Origin: the human T2T-CHM13v2.0 reference genome, Homo sapiens
Strand: one strand, 5' to 3'
Length of the DNA stretch: 64,000 nucleotides
Assembly: GCF_009914755.1 (NCBI RefSeq)
Contig: NC_060928.1
Below the pieces are notes generated by a model. The model was given only the letters and a program-made list of their open reading frames with translations. It was not told where the DNA came from and did no database searches. Below, piece by piece: positions 27,991 to 41,079 of the stretch (its first letter is position 1; the number at the start of each line of letters is the position of its first letter). A program made the translations under genes and the position numbers.

Positions 27991-28406
27991 AGCTCCCCTG
28001 GGGAAGCCAGACCAGAGTGCAGCTGCAGAAAGGGCAGGCAGAGGCAGGAGCCCAGCCCTGGTGCCTGGTGCCCTGGGTGGCTGGGCCCAGAGCTCAGAGC
28101 ACTGCCCAGGGAGCATGGTGCCTCAAACTGAGCCCCGCCCTGGGTAGGGGGAGCTGCCCACACTGACCCTTCGCAGACTTTCTCCAGTGGGCGAGTGGAG
28201 TGGGCAGGCTGTGGCCCCTCATATCCCCTGGATGCCCGCCCGGTGGAGCTCGGCTATAGGCGATCCCTAACAAGCGCTCCAGGGCCCTTGCATTCCAGGT
28301 CGAGCTGGGCGGGGTGGCTGTGCTATCAGCGAGCCCCCAGAAGCTCGCTCAGAGGGAGTGCATTTGAGCCAGCACCCAGTTGCCACCTGAGACGCAGAAG
28401 GCTTTC

Positions 28407-28853
28407 CTTTTTCAAAATTAAAAACAATTTAATTGCGGTCAAATACACAGAACATAACATTTACCATCTAAACCAGTTCCGGAGTGTTCAGTACATCCAC
28501 ACTGTGTCCCACAGCCACCACCACCAAACCTCTCCAGGATGTTTTCAGTAAACCAGAAGATGTCCCCATTAAACAACTCCCGGGCCTCCCTGGCACCCAC
28601 CCTTCTATTCTCTGTCTCTATGAATTTGACTGCTCTAGGAATCCCATGTAAGTGGAATTGGATAATGTTTGTCCTTCTGTGACTGGCTGATTTCGCTGAG
28701 CATGGTGTCCTCAAGGGTCATCCATGTTGTAGCCTGTGTCAGAATGTCCTTCCTCTTCAAGGCTGAATAATATTCTGTGGTATGGATGGACCACACTGTG
28801 TTTATCCATCACCTGATGACGGACATCTGGGTGGCTTCTGCCTTTCAGCTATT
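28407..28853 (-). mobile_element. L1MB 3' end
   Basis: aacataacatttaccatc, ctatgaatttgactgctctagg, catccatgttgtagcctgtgtcagaat, aggctgaataatattc. Confidence 0.88.
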
Positions 28854-30324
28854 GCGTTGCAGTGGGAAAGCAGCCAGGGACAGCATTGTTCCTGAACAAA
28901 CGTGTGCAGCTGCTTTACCAAACCAAGTGGCGGGCCCAGCAGTACCAGCGGCTTGGGGGTGGGAGATGCACCAGGACCAGGCAGAGGACCCAGAGGGTCT
29001 GATCCCCAAAGGCTGTGGCCCTGCATGTGTGCAGGAGGCAGGGAGATGCAAACAACAGACACAGGCTGTGCACTGCTGCCAGCTGCAGCAGCAGGGACAG
29101 AAGGGAAAAACCAAGATCTGCAAAGCCATCCGTGTCTCATGAAAAAGGGTGGCCCCTGGCCTTGCCTTTCTGGAGCAACATACGTAGACGTGGGTGCACA
29201 CCCACACACGCCCCCACATGCAGGGCACGTGAATGAGTCCCCAAAGCTTCCAGAAGCACCAGCCGGGCAGTGCAGAATCAGACCAGGAGAATGAGAGGCT
29301 GCCCCCACTCCCCCAGCACCGTGTGCCACTGGGAAGAGTCTCCAGGGACGTTTCCGTGCTCCTGGGTAGCCCCGGGCTCTCCTTGTTCTTTCCAGCTGGA
29401 GCTGGCACTGGCTGAGCTCCTACTGTGTGCCAGGCCCTGGGCCAGGCACAGGACACACAGGCCCCTCCAGTTCCACCAGCAACCTGAGGAGGCGTTAGGT
29501 TGGGCCCAACCCAGACGGCCCACGAGGGCACAGGGAATTCAAGTGAGCTGCTGGAGGACCCACGGCCATCGAGCGGGGGAACCAAGACACAGAGCTGTCA
29601 GCTGCCAGCCCAGGGACCCCAGAGGTGGAAGGGCCATTTGCTGTGTCTCCTGGGCAGACCCTCTGGGCCTCATGTCCTGCTTGGCTCTCCTGAGCCTTCT
29701 CTTCCACACCACGGGACAGCAGTGACTGTCTCAAGGGGTCACAGCAAAGATTAATCAGATCATGTAGGTGAAGTTCCTGGGCGTGGTTTGCCCTCTAAAA
29801 GGTGGCTCTTGCTCCTGGGAGCCCCCACCATCCAGTCACAGCTGGAGCCAGGTCCGCCTAGCACCCCGGCCCTGCTAATTGAATAAATATTCATTCGTGT
29901 TGAGTACCCAAGTACCATGGTTTCCATGGCTACCCACTCCTAATGGCTTAATGAGACAAGGGCCCAGATTTTCCAAAACCCACATGAATGCCGGTCCCGA
30001 TGGGAAGCGTGCCCATCCCATGGGGCGGGCCTTGCTCAGCTCCCTTTGGAAACATCAGAGACAGAGTGGCCTGTGGTCCAGGAGTGGGGATTCAACAAAC
30101 AGCCGTCAGCCGTCAGCGTGTGTGGATGGGCAAGGTCTGTGAAACCCCAGCCCGAGGCCGGTGGAGTCGGAGAGCCTGGGCCCTGCATCACCCCGCACGC
30201 CACGCTGCCTCCCTTCCACCTGTTGGTTGGTTTCACTACATGCCAAGCGTGTCTCCCGTAGCAAACATGAGCCCAGAGCCCCGGCCCCTGCTGCCACGGC
30301 CCTGAGCCCTGCAGAGCCATGTCA

Positions 30325-30363
30325 TGTGCGTGTGTGTGTGTGTGTGGGTGTGTGTGTGTGTGT
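30325..30363 (+). repeat. (TG)n microsatellite, interrupted
   Basis: Read directly. Confidence 0.85.
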
Positions 30364-33300
30364 CACCTGCCCCGCCCTGCCCACTAGGCACTGTTGAAAG
30401 GGGTCAGGGCCATGCACCATCTAGCCCTGTCCTGCCTTTCTATTTTACCCATCCTCGCTCCTCTTCCTCACTAGTCTCTGACTTTCTGTCCCCCTCCCAG
30501 CTGAAACCAGAACGTGCCCCATGGACCTGATGCTCAGGGACTGTCTGGGGGGCCAGCAATGATGATCAGGGTCAGGGGCTGTAGGAAAGGTGGGTCCTGG
30601 CTGCCACCTTCGTCACCAGCAAGAGTAGATCTCAGGCAGTCACAGCCGGTGGGACATGCCCACGTGTCTGCCCCCCTCTGGTGAAGAAGCAGTCACAGGA
30701 CCATGCCCTCAGCTTCCAAACCTCCCGAGTCCCACTTGAGTGCTCCTGGTTGGCAGAACCCAGCAAGAGGCGATGGCGCCCGGGCAGTGCAGGGGAGAGC
30801 AGAGGAGAAGCTGCACTGAGTGGCCCGTGGTCCATCTGGCCATGGCCCAGGGCGGCCCTGCACCTGCAGACATAAGGCCTCGGGCAGCCACTCTGGACAC
30901 AGAGGTGGGAGCAGGAGGGTCGTGCCACACACATTTGTTCATGAATGATCCTGTCCCTTTGCAGCTTTCTCAGGAACCCCAAGAGCAGGTGAGATGCCTG
31001 GCCAGGGAGCTTAGCACAGCCGTGGGCTGGCCTGCAGGCAGCCAGCTGCCGTGCCAGTCACCAAGGCGGGGCGGTCAATGGAAATGCTCCACTAAGTCAG
31101 GCACAGATGTGGGGAGATAGCACCTGCGACCTTGGACTCCCCATAGGTGGCCCGGAGTGCTGGCCTTCCTCATGCACACTCCACTGTTTATATTTAAACA
31201 GCATGAGGTTCCCACCCAGGGAAGCAGCCTGGTCACTTGGGAAGAGTCCTCCACCAGAGAATGCTCCCTGGCAGGACTGATAATGAAATTGAAGCAACGA
31301 CTGAATGCCGCCACAGCAGCCTCGGGATGTGAGCTGGGGTTGGGCAGCTGGGGCTTCCCTCCTTTCTGGGAGCTGGCCCCGCTTGAGCCTGCAGAGCAGG
31401 TCTGCTGGGGACCGGAGGTGGATGGCAGGCCGGCTCAGTTCCCACAGTAAGGGTGTGCGGCAGGAACACAGCCGGGCGCCTGGTGTCTCCAAGAACCCTG
31501 CGAGGGGCCTGCACCACTCTCCACTCGGGGTGGGTTCTGCAGGGTCCTGGAAGACGGTGGTAGGTTGTGTAGAGCAAGGGAGAAGGGACCCCATAGGGAA
31601 GTCGGCAATGGTGAGGGCCGGCACCACGCCAGGGCCTAGGGGAACCCAGCAGTGCTGGAGGCCTCCCAAGAGGGTGGCAGCCCTGCCTGAGCCTGGCCTG
31701 GCAGGGAGGGCTCTGGGGAGACCGTACCCCACCTCTGTCCCACACCTCGAATCTCAGCCAGGGGAACAGTTGGGAAAAAGAGGCCCAGGTAGAGAGATCA
31801 GGAGCAAGGTAAGCCAGGCTACCCTGTCCCTGTCCCCTCCCACCAGGCCGGTCACCTCATGCCCCAGCCCAGGGCCCCTCCACCTCTGTCCCCTGGAACG
31901 CTGAGGCTCGGCACACCCTGCAGTTTGACCTGGGGGACTCCTGCAGGTTTTACACCCCCTCCCTTGGCACCTTTGGCTGCATCTGCCGGCTGAGGAGAGA
32001 GGGGGTTGACCTGGCCACTCTCAGCCCAGAACCTGCCCGAGAGCAAGCAGGACTGAGGATGCCCACTCTCCCCACCTCCGCACCCACCTGCCAGCCATTC
32101 CTGAGGATCCCACCCCGGGCTGGTCCCAGGTCCCTCCCCTGAGTAGCCCCGGAGGGCACAAGAGGCAGCCAAAGAATGAGTCCACGTCCCCTCATCCCCA
32201 TGCTGGGGCCTTGGCAGCCCTCAGGCGTCCTGAGGAGCCCAGGGGGGATCTAACCCTTCCAGGGGTGCAGGAGGGCTTCCTGGAGGAGATGGCTGGGCTG
32301 TTCTTGGCGGCTAAAGAAGAGCAGGCCAAGACGGTCAGGGTGGGACAGGCATTCTGTGCTGAGGCACCCTTGTGGGAGGGCACTGGGGGGGCACGGGGAC
32401 AGAGCAGAGCCTGGTCTCCTGGAGTGGCACCTGTGGGGCAGGAGGCATGAGGAGGGGCACAGGCTCCCAGCCACCCCTGGGGGCTCCTGGCTGGGCTGCA
32501 CTCCTGCCCAAACAGCGAGGGAGATCCCTGGAAGGTCCCTCCTGGCGAGGCCCAACTGGCCTGGGCTCAGGCAGCTCCCCTGAGGCCGAATGCCCCATGG
32601 CCAGCCCCCCCGACACACTGGGGGAGTGCATGGGGCAGGGGCAGAATGGCACCTGAGGCATGCAGTTGTGGTCCCTCTGCCCCCCGAGGCCTGGCGCTTA
32701 GGGCTGGCTGGTGGGGGGCAGGGGACGTGGGGGCGGTGGAATTCCCCTCCTGGGCACTGGCGGGCCTTGCCGCCGGTGCTGTAAGTTTCCCAAAGACACC
32801 TGCACTTCACCTTCTCCCTTCCCTCCCAGCTACGAAGGCAGGGGCGGACCTCCAAGACCGCGGCAGGCGGGGGTCCTGTGACCTGGAACCAGGAAGGGTG
32901 CCTCCTCGGTCATGAAAAGGAGGAATGTGCCTCCTCGCAGGATTTGTATTTTATTTCCTGCAATTGAAACAATATCTGGTGTGAGGCATCTAATTACCGC
33001 TCTTTCCTAGAAATTGAGCGATAACACATCCTGTCGATACAAAGCTTTTGTTAGAGTCAAACACAGTTTCCCAGGGCAATTCCAATGAACACTGCACTCA
33101 AAAGTACTTTGGTTTTTAAATAGTTTCTCTAAGTATAATACCGAGCCTGATGCAATCTACTTCATCTTTTGTTCTGGCTCTATTTCGAAAGTACCTTTGT
33201 ACTCCTGTGTTCCTGCATAACAATAGCTGATAGTTCCTGCTCACTTGAAGAAGATCCCACCCAATTAGAATTTTTAGAAGTGGGAGAGCCTTTAGAGAAA

Positions 33301-33518
33301 TCAGAGCCAACCCACTCATTTGTCAGCAAGATAAACTGAGTCCTGGGGTGAGTCCCTCAGCGCGTCAGAAGGTTATAGAGCACCAGACTAAGGTAAGAGC
33401 CAGGAGGTCAGGGGCTGGGCAGAGGGAAGTAAGGAAAGGGATGCAGGAGGCTGGTAGCTGGCAGAGGAACAGGTGATGGTCTGCGTTCCAATTCCACTGT
33501 GCCTTGATGCCATCAGCA

Positions 33519-33642
33519 CCCCAACCCTGACCCTAATCCTCACCCTACCTAACCCCATCAGCACCCAACCCTACTCCAACCCTAACCCAACCCCATCAAC
33601 ATCCCAACCCTAGCCCTGACCCCAACTCCAACCACCTTCCAA
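33519..33642 (+). repeat. Degenerate (CCCTAA)-like hexamer repeat
   Basis: ccctga ccctaa tcctca ccctac ctaacc ... ccctaa cccaa ccctag ccctga. Confidence 0.7.
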
Positions 33643-33707
33643 CCAGAGAAAAGGCAAATACATCCCTGAAGGACGTCACACTTTGCAGAGAGCGCTCTCA
33701 CGTCCTT

Positions 33708-34435
33708 TGTCGTGAGAAATAAAAATGAAATCCTAAGACCCCCAACAGACTGAGCAGAACACCCCTTGGCCAAAGGGACCCCAGAGAAACCTTGGAAGCT
33801 GAGTTCCCACCGTGATGTGAGGGAGGTGGGACCCACCTCGTTGTACCCCCTCCCTCCCTTGCTAACCATCACTGGGCTTCCCCTCTAAGGGCTGCAGAGA
33901 AACCGGATCTTCCGAAAGATTCCGCCCTGGTTTCAACCAACACCTGACCTGCCCCTCCCTGGTGCGAGTTTGACACAGCAACCAGCCAGCGTTCCTTCCT
34001 GATAGGAGACCACGGGCCACAGAGAGCTTCTGGCCAGTCGGCGGGGGATGTACAGCAAGGGTTTCCGTGTCCTCCGCTTCACCTTTCCACATCAGAGGGT
34101 GGAAAACTCCACCCTTAGGTCATGCTGCCATTGTCGTGTCTTGAACGTGGGTCCTACGGAGAGGCAGGAAGCTCAAGTGCACGCACGTGTTTCTCCTTTC
34201 ATGTATATTCATGACTCCTTCCATAGCTTGTTGAATATGTACATTAGGCACCCCCTGCTCAGCAAAGGGAACCTTCCTGTTCCCTTTGCCCCTCCCTCAA
34301 AATGTCTGTTTGCAGCTTCTGGCCTGAGGCTACGCTTCTCAGCCATCAGAATGGCTGCTCTGCAGGCTGCAACCCTTTATGAGAAATAAGGCTCTCCTTT
34401 CCAAACTTACGAACCTTGTCATTCTTCAGTTGACA
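33708..34435 (+). mobile_element. Solo ERV1-class LTR (MER39-like), ~730 bp
   Basis: TGTC...GACA termini; flanks tcctt/acctt; gagaaataaaaatgaaatcctaag...ttggccaaagggacccc start; aataag poly(A)-like signal; attcttcagttgaca end. Confidence 0.8.
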
Positions 34436-34449
34436 ACCTTTTAGGCTCT

Positions 34450-34545
34450 AGGAGTCCATTTTGTTCACTGATGTATCCCTAGGTTTCAGACAGTGCCCAA
34501 CACAGAGTGAGCACTTCATAAACATTTGTTGGATGAATGGAGAGT
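34450..34545 (+). mobile_element. L2 3' end
   Basis: ttgttcactgatgtatccc...acagtgcccaacacagagt..ataaacatttgttggatgaatg. Confidence 0.75.
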
Positions 34546-34629
34546 GAGCATGTCCATCAGTGGCGGCTGGGCCTGCATACTCGCCTATCAGCACGTGTCT
34601 GCGGAGCCTCCTTCTGTCTCCAGCAAATT

Positions 34630-34935
34630 CAATTAGTGGCTTAAAGCAATAGAAATTTATTCTCACAGCAATGGAAGCCGGAATTCTGAGGTCAAGGTGT
34701 TGGCAGCACTGTGCTCCCCATGAGGGCTCCAGGAGTTCTTTGGCTGTGACCCCATCTCTCCAGTCTCTCCCTCCATCTGCACATGGCCTCCCTCCCTGGG
34801 TGTCTCCTCTTCTAATAAGGACACCAGTCATAGTGGATTAGGATGGGCTCCAATCCAATAAGATCACATTCACATGTGCTAGGGGTTAGGACGTGGATAT
34901 ATCTTTTTGGGGGGACACAATTCATTCCATAACCA
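34630..34935 (-). mobile_element. MLT1 MaLR LTR (partial)
   Basis: gtggcttaaagcaatagaaatttattctcacag, taaggacaccagtcat, ggggttaggacgtggatatatctttt. Confidence 0.8.
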
Positions 34936-35153
34936 CGGCTTTCTTTCTTTTTTTTAATTGTGTGCTATCAGAAAACCATTAGTATATTTCCCATGAAAAT
35001 CCAGATCTCTGTCCCTCTTCCTGCATGAGAACTTGCAGGGTGGACTTGAGAGGTAGCTGTCTCCTTCTGATAGGGTATGTGCCACGGACCACCCTCCCAG
35101 CCCTCCTGTGACCTGGGTGCTGCAGCCCTGAAGTTGCAGGCCCTTGATCTGCC

Positions 35154-35364
35154 CAGTGGTTTGCAACTGGGGGTGATTTTGCCCCCCAGGGGATATCTGG
35201 CAATATCTGAAGACATATTTGGTTGTTGCAACTGAGAAGTGCTCCTGGTGTCTAGTGGATGGAGGCCCGGGATGCTGCCAAACTTCCTACAACACACAGG
35301 GCAGCCCCCACGACAAAGACGAGTGCAGCCCAAAATGTCATAAGACACAGATGGAGAAACTCTG
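35154..35364 (+). mobile_element. MER20 hAT-Charlie element
   Basis: cagtggtt..caactgggggtgattttgcccccc, ggatgctgccaaac, cagcccaaaatgtca, gagaaactctg. Confidence 0.88.
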
Positions 35365-35394
35365 TTCTACGGTGATAGGATATTGATCTGGGAA

Positions 35395-35790
35395 TATGGC
35401 TGCCATGTAAAGACTACATTTCCCAGCTTCCCCGACATTAGGGGTGGGCATGTGACCAAGTTCTGGCCAATGGGGCATCAGCGTAAGGGAGGAACACAAC
35501 TTCCAGGTGAAGTCGCCCTGTGATGGAAGGGCCATGGGCCCCCATCCCACTGTTGTGATGCCATGGATGTGGTGCCGGGGCCCAAGCTGCCCACTAGGGA
35601 TGGCAGGGAAAAGGCAAAAGGGGCCTGAAACTGGGGCTGCCCACTGGGGATGGCAGGGAAAAGGCAGAAGGGGCCAGGAAGTCCTGCCCAGGCTTCCATG
35701 TGGGACAGAAAGGATCTTTTATCTTGCTCAAGCTGCTGTGCTTTGGGGTTTTCTTGTTACAGCAACATCACCTGTACCTTGACTTACTCA
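35395..35790 (+). mobile_element. Old MLT1 (H/J-like) LTR with an internal 50-bp tandem duplication (35586-35680)
   Basis: aagactacatttcccagc, catgtgaccaagttctggccaatg, ggggttttcttgttacagc. Confidence 0.7.
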
Positions 35791-38414
35791 CAGTTATCTC
35801 AGTCCAGTCCCGTTGCCTCCTATGACAAATTTCTGGTTTAAATCAGAGCCTTTCTGGGATGGGAAAACTCGAGAAGAAAACATAGCAGATCTTGCTGAGT
35901 GTGGGCCCAAGGTGTCCAGGTTCCAACACAAACATTCCAGGGCTGTGGGCAGTGGCGAGGACGGCTCAGCCCGCATCCCTGCCTTCCACAAATACTTGGG
36001 AATCAGGATCGATGCAGGAAGCTGGAGGAAGCTCCCAGGGTCATGGCAAATGTGAGCATTCTTAGTTTATTTTCCCAAACATGTTAAGGACTCTTCTTCA
36101 TTTTCCTATTAAAGAAAACCTCAAAGCAAACAAAACAAAACAAATCTCTGAACTCCCTCCAGCTCTGAAGCACTTGTCTGCTCTGGTCAGATTCACAAAT
36201 CGTGGGCATAAATTACTTTTGTTGAATTAACCATTCCTACCCAGAACATTCTCTGGATTCTACCTGGAAGCAGCTGCAATACAAGGTATCAAACCTGAGG
36301 ATGGCAAGGGTGGCCTTAGGGAGCACGTCACGCCTCACACATGGGCACCCGCCACCTGTGGGCCTGCCCACACTTTCCACGCGGGCACGAGAGCAGGTGG
36401 TGTGTGGCGTCTGTGGTTTCCGTAACCTTTGGCCACAGCTGGGGACAGGAGCTGCACCACTCTGTGGCCCTTTGGAGCTGTGCACATATTCAGGGCTCAG
36501 CAAATGAGAGGCAGCAATGCAGGGTGGAGAGTGGCTCAGGTGAGCGCTGGGCACAGGTGCTTGCTGGGTCTCAGTGTCTTCACTGAAGGAAAACTGCCTG
36601 CCTCGTGGAGAGAGGGGTTCCTTCATGCATTCACCATGCCGGGTGCTGGGGCGAAGGGTTGATTAGCACTGGGTGCGCATCCCAAACAGGCTACGTGGGA
36701 AACAGCAGCCCCCACAGCAGGAAAGTGTGGTTGACTGGGGTCCCCGTGGAGGTGACCACCTTAGGGAAAGAAGCCCCGGTGTCCATCCAGGGGCCCCTAT
36801 GTGGTCTTTGTTGGGGTGGGTGGCTACCGCAGAGGTGGTCACTGTGGGTAGAGACTGGATGGGGCAAGGCCTGAGCCCGAGCCCCAATCTACCAGCCACT
36901 CCTTGGGGACCTGGGGAGCCGCATCTGCTCCCATGGCCTCCGCTTTCTCATCTGCAAAGTGGGGAAACCATGGCACCCAACCCTCAGGGGCGATATCAAG
37001 GTGAAATAAAGCAAAAGGCTTTCAAACTCTGTTGAACACTCTGAGAAGTACTCGGAGGTCTCCAGGGGACAGCCACCCAGGTTAGGGAGGTCTAGGGGTG
37101 AGCCTCCATGGGTCAGTAGAGGATGCACTGGCCACAGGTCCTGGACTCCGGCAGCCCGGCTGAGGCGGGGAGGGGCGGCCCATAGAGCAGTGGGGAAATG
37201 GCCCAGGAAGCCTTCCCTGTGCTGTGAAGGCCAGGGCAGAAGCCCCCTCCACAGGAAGCCCTTCCTACTGCCCCAAGCCAGCACAGGCACCCTCAGCTCC
37301 TGTGGCCAGGCACTGCCCAAGGCTGATTTATCTGTGACCCCAAGCGTGGCATGGAACCTCACACAGCGGAGCACCACAACCGTCTGCTGTGTTGAAAATA
37401 ATCAGAGCTGTCCTAAGACGGAAGCACGCTGCTCAGAAAGCAGTGAGCTCCCCATCGCCTGGGGTGTGCAAGCAGAGGCTGGGAACGGCCTGAGGCACAT
37501 CACAAGGCAGACTCAAATGTCAGCTGGGAGCAGATCCAACAGTGATGATGATAATGATGATGAAGATGATGAGGGGGAAGAGGAAGAGGAGGGTCAACTG
37601 CGATTTGCCGAGAGCTTGCTACGCGCCAGGGATCCTAAGGTCTTAGTTCTCTTTATTAGAATTGTTTCTATTTGCCAAAGTAACTCAAGCACTTGGAACA
37701 AATTAAACAATACAGGGATAGATAAAGAGAAATGTAGCATCAGTCTCCTCCCAGGCCTACTCCTCCCCCAAGCCAGGTACCCAGGGCTGCCCAGTGCAGG
37801 GGCGTTGGCAGAGGCAGTTGGTACACAGTACCCTAGTTAGTCCTGAAAGCTACGCATTCGAGGCTCAGAGAGATGAGGCAATTTGCCCAAGGACCCACAG
37901 ATGGAGACAGGCTGGGGGTGGGGCAGGGTTTCAGTCACCTCTCCAAGCTCTCCTTGGAGTCCAGAGATGCAGCTCAGCCTGGCCCTCCTCTCCTCTCCTG
38001 GTGGCACCTGCTGGCCACGCGTCCTCCTTCCGCAGTGGCCTGAGACTCCGGGGCAAGTCTGCCCAGCCCAGGCCTGTACAAGCCACTGTGCCCACACCCC
38101 ACACTCCATCCCGCCTGGATCTAGCAGGGCTGGCATTTTCATCTCCATCCGCGGGACTCCCGGGCTCCACCTCACACTCCCACAGTGCCCTCCAGGACTT
38201 GAGGGCCTGGAAAGACCGAGAAAGACCACTGAGTCCTGTCCCTGAATTCACAGGTGGTGAAGCAGAGGTTCAGACTTGCCCAAGATCACATAATGACTCA
38301 ACAGCCGAGGCAGGGCTGCCAGCGGGCGTTCCTCGGGACTGTCTGGAATTGGACGGTGCAGTGGCCTCCACCACACGCATGCTTCCACTCATCCATCCCT
38401 CAAACACCCACGGG

Positions 38415-38810
38415 TGTTGCCTCCATCTACTGTGGCTGCGGTGAGAAATGATCACAAATGCCACTGCTTAGAACCACACCAAGCTTCCTCTTCCGGCCCT
38501 GGAGGTCAGAAGTCTGAAGTGGTCTGCAGGGCCGGTGCCTTCCGAAGGCTCCAGGCCAGAGTCTGTCTCTTGGCCTCTCCAGCTCCCAGAAGCACTGCAT
38601 CCTGCAGCCAGGGGTCCCGTCTCCATGTCACTCCGACCTCCACTTCTGTCATCACACCTCCTCTTCTGGGGTCCTCTTGCCTCTTTCACTTACAAGGACC
38701 CTGATGACACTGGGTCCACAGGTGTCGTGGGGATCACCTCCCGCATGCAAGGTCCTCAGTCATGTCTGCAAAGTCCTTTTGGCATGCAAGGTTGCACAGG
38801 TGTGTGGGAC
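38415..38810 (-). mobile_element. MLT1 MaLR LTR
   Basis: ctggaggtcagaagtctgaa, gcctctttcacttacaaggaccct, catgtctgcaaagtccttt. Confidence 0.7.
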
Positions 38811-41079
38811 GTCACTCTCCAAAGGAGGCAGAATTGAGCTGGGGACAACTCACGAGCTTGGGGGACAACTCATGGCTTGGACGCATTCAGCCGCAAGTTA
38901 CAGAACCTTCCTCCCTAAAAGGGTAAAACAGTAAGTCCACTTAGTACCTCCTTCGGCAGGAGGAAGTCTGGACAAAGGGTAGGTCCCGGGTGGGTTCTTG
39001 GAGGCTCAAGAACAATGGCACAGGGGACACACCCTCTTTCCTTCCATGGTTTTCATCCTCATCCTCAGCTCCTCCTGGTCACATGACAGCTGCTGCTGCT
39101 CCGGGCATCACATCCTCACATGTGCCCAAGCAAGCAGGAAGGCAGGCAGTGGGCCTCCCGGCACATTTCACCCTTGTCCTCAGGGAGGTATCATTGGCTG
39201 GAACGGGGTCAAGTGGCCTCCTTCCTGCAACCACCCAGCAACGGGCAGGCCCCAGGCTGAGAGCTCTGCAGACGTCATTCTGAAGAGTGTGCACAGCGGC
39301 CACCAAGGCTGGGAAAGGTCACAGAGGAAAACCCAGCCAGCTCGAACCCAGAGTCCAGGCAGCAGGCCTGCTGCCAGCCTACCCCGCTAGGCCCAGGCCC
39401 AGGATGGTGGAGCAGGAGGTGAGGTCTTCTGGGCCGCCCTGCCTTCGTCACCTCTACATCTCCAGGGCTGCACGCAGAGGATGCTTCCTGGTGTCTGCGG
39501 ACTGCATGACAACTGAACCAGTGAAGGGCTGTGGGTTGAGGTTGGGCACTGGAGGGCCCTGAATGTCAGGCTCAGGCAGCTAGCGGGCAGGGCACAGCCC
39601 CTAGCAGGAGAAGCCAGGTGGAGACTGGAGCAGGTGCAGCGGGCAGGCAGAGGTGGGGCTCGGTGGCAACCGAGAGGGTCGGGGGAGGCGGGGATCTGAG
39701 CTTGGATCCCAGCAGGGCCAGGGCTGAGGTACACAGCTGGTGCTCAATAAGACATGCTGACCCACTGCTTTAATCTATTACACTCATTGCAAATCAAAGC
39801 CAGTCCCCGAAGCAGTTCTTTCTCCAGAGGGACTTCCGCCAGCTCTGTAAGAACTCGACTGTGCCAAACCCATCAATGCTGATCAATATGCAACAGCTCA
39901 GAGAGCCAGCCCAGGCCACGGCTCCCTGCCACATCCTGACAAGACAAATCAGCTTCTGGAATTCTTCAGGGAGGGGCAGGGAGAGAAGCAAGCCTCATTT
40001 TTCCCTGACTCGTCTTTAAAAATGAAATTTCAAATAAACATAGGGAAAGAAAGCTCAGCTCAGCTCCAGGGAGAAAACATGTCCTCTTGGTCTTGAGACA
40101 AGAAGATAGGGCTGGCTTCCCTTGGTTCCCGCACCCACCAGGGCTGAGTGGAGAGGGGTCTCTCCCCGAGTCCAGCCTCTTCCCTTTCCCCTGCGGACAC
40201 CAACCGAGGGCAGAGATGGGCAGGCAGGCGCCACCACCACCCCCACCCCCAGGAGCTCACAGCCAAGTTGGGGGAGGGGGTCACTCAGGGCTGGCATGGG
40301 CCTCGGAATGCTCTGGTCCAATGCTCCCATTTTACAGACAGGGGAAACTGAGGCCCTGGAAGCCAGAAGGCTCCCCCACTGCCAGACAATAAGTAAGGGA
40401 ATGAGCAGGAGCCTAAAGCCACATCTGATGACCCCAAACTCCATGGAACTGAGAAAAGGGCCTGTTGGCCAGGGGCACTGGGGCCTGGCACAAGCAGCCA
40501 CCAGGTGAAGGCACCCCCTGCACTCAGCACCCAGCAAGCATCAGTGCGGCTAAGGAGGCTAGAGCCAGGCCCACAAGCCCATCTGCCCTTCACGGCACCC
40601 ATCCTGCCACCAGGCCTTCATTCAGCTCTTTCTGTGAGCTGAGAGCCCAGCCCTGGACCAGGCAGTGGGGATGGGACACAGCTGAGATGTATGGTTACTG
40701 ATGATGGCCATGCCCCATGGGGCATGCAGGAGGCCGGCAAAAGTGGCCCAGATCCAGCCTGGGAGGTCACGGGAGGCTTCCTGAAGGAGGAACATCATGG
40801 GACAAGTCTTGAAGGAAGCGAGCCCCAGGAAAGATGAGGCAGAGGGCATCCAGGCCTGCGGACAGCACATGGTCAGGCCCACGGTCCACAAGAGTTAATG
40901 AGAAATGTCCTCACAGCTCACAGCGTGGAGAGGAGGGCTGACCGCAGGAGCCAGGTGGAGCTGTGCAGACCAGGCAGGCGAGGCAGAACCCAGCCGCAGC
41001 CCCGGAAGAGCTGGCTGCAGCAGCAACCCAGAAATACATCTTCTCCTCAGCCTAGGAGGGTGGGCAAGGCCACAGGTGC

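Noticed and set aside
37190-37840. 216-aa ORF with an acidic D/E run
   Set aside because: GTG start; the acidic run comes from a (GAT)n/GAG simple repeat; no domain recognised.
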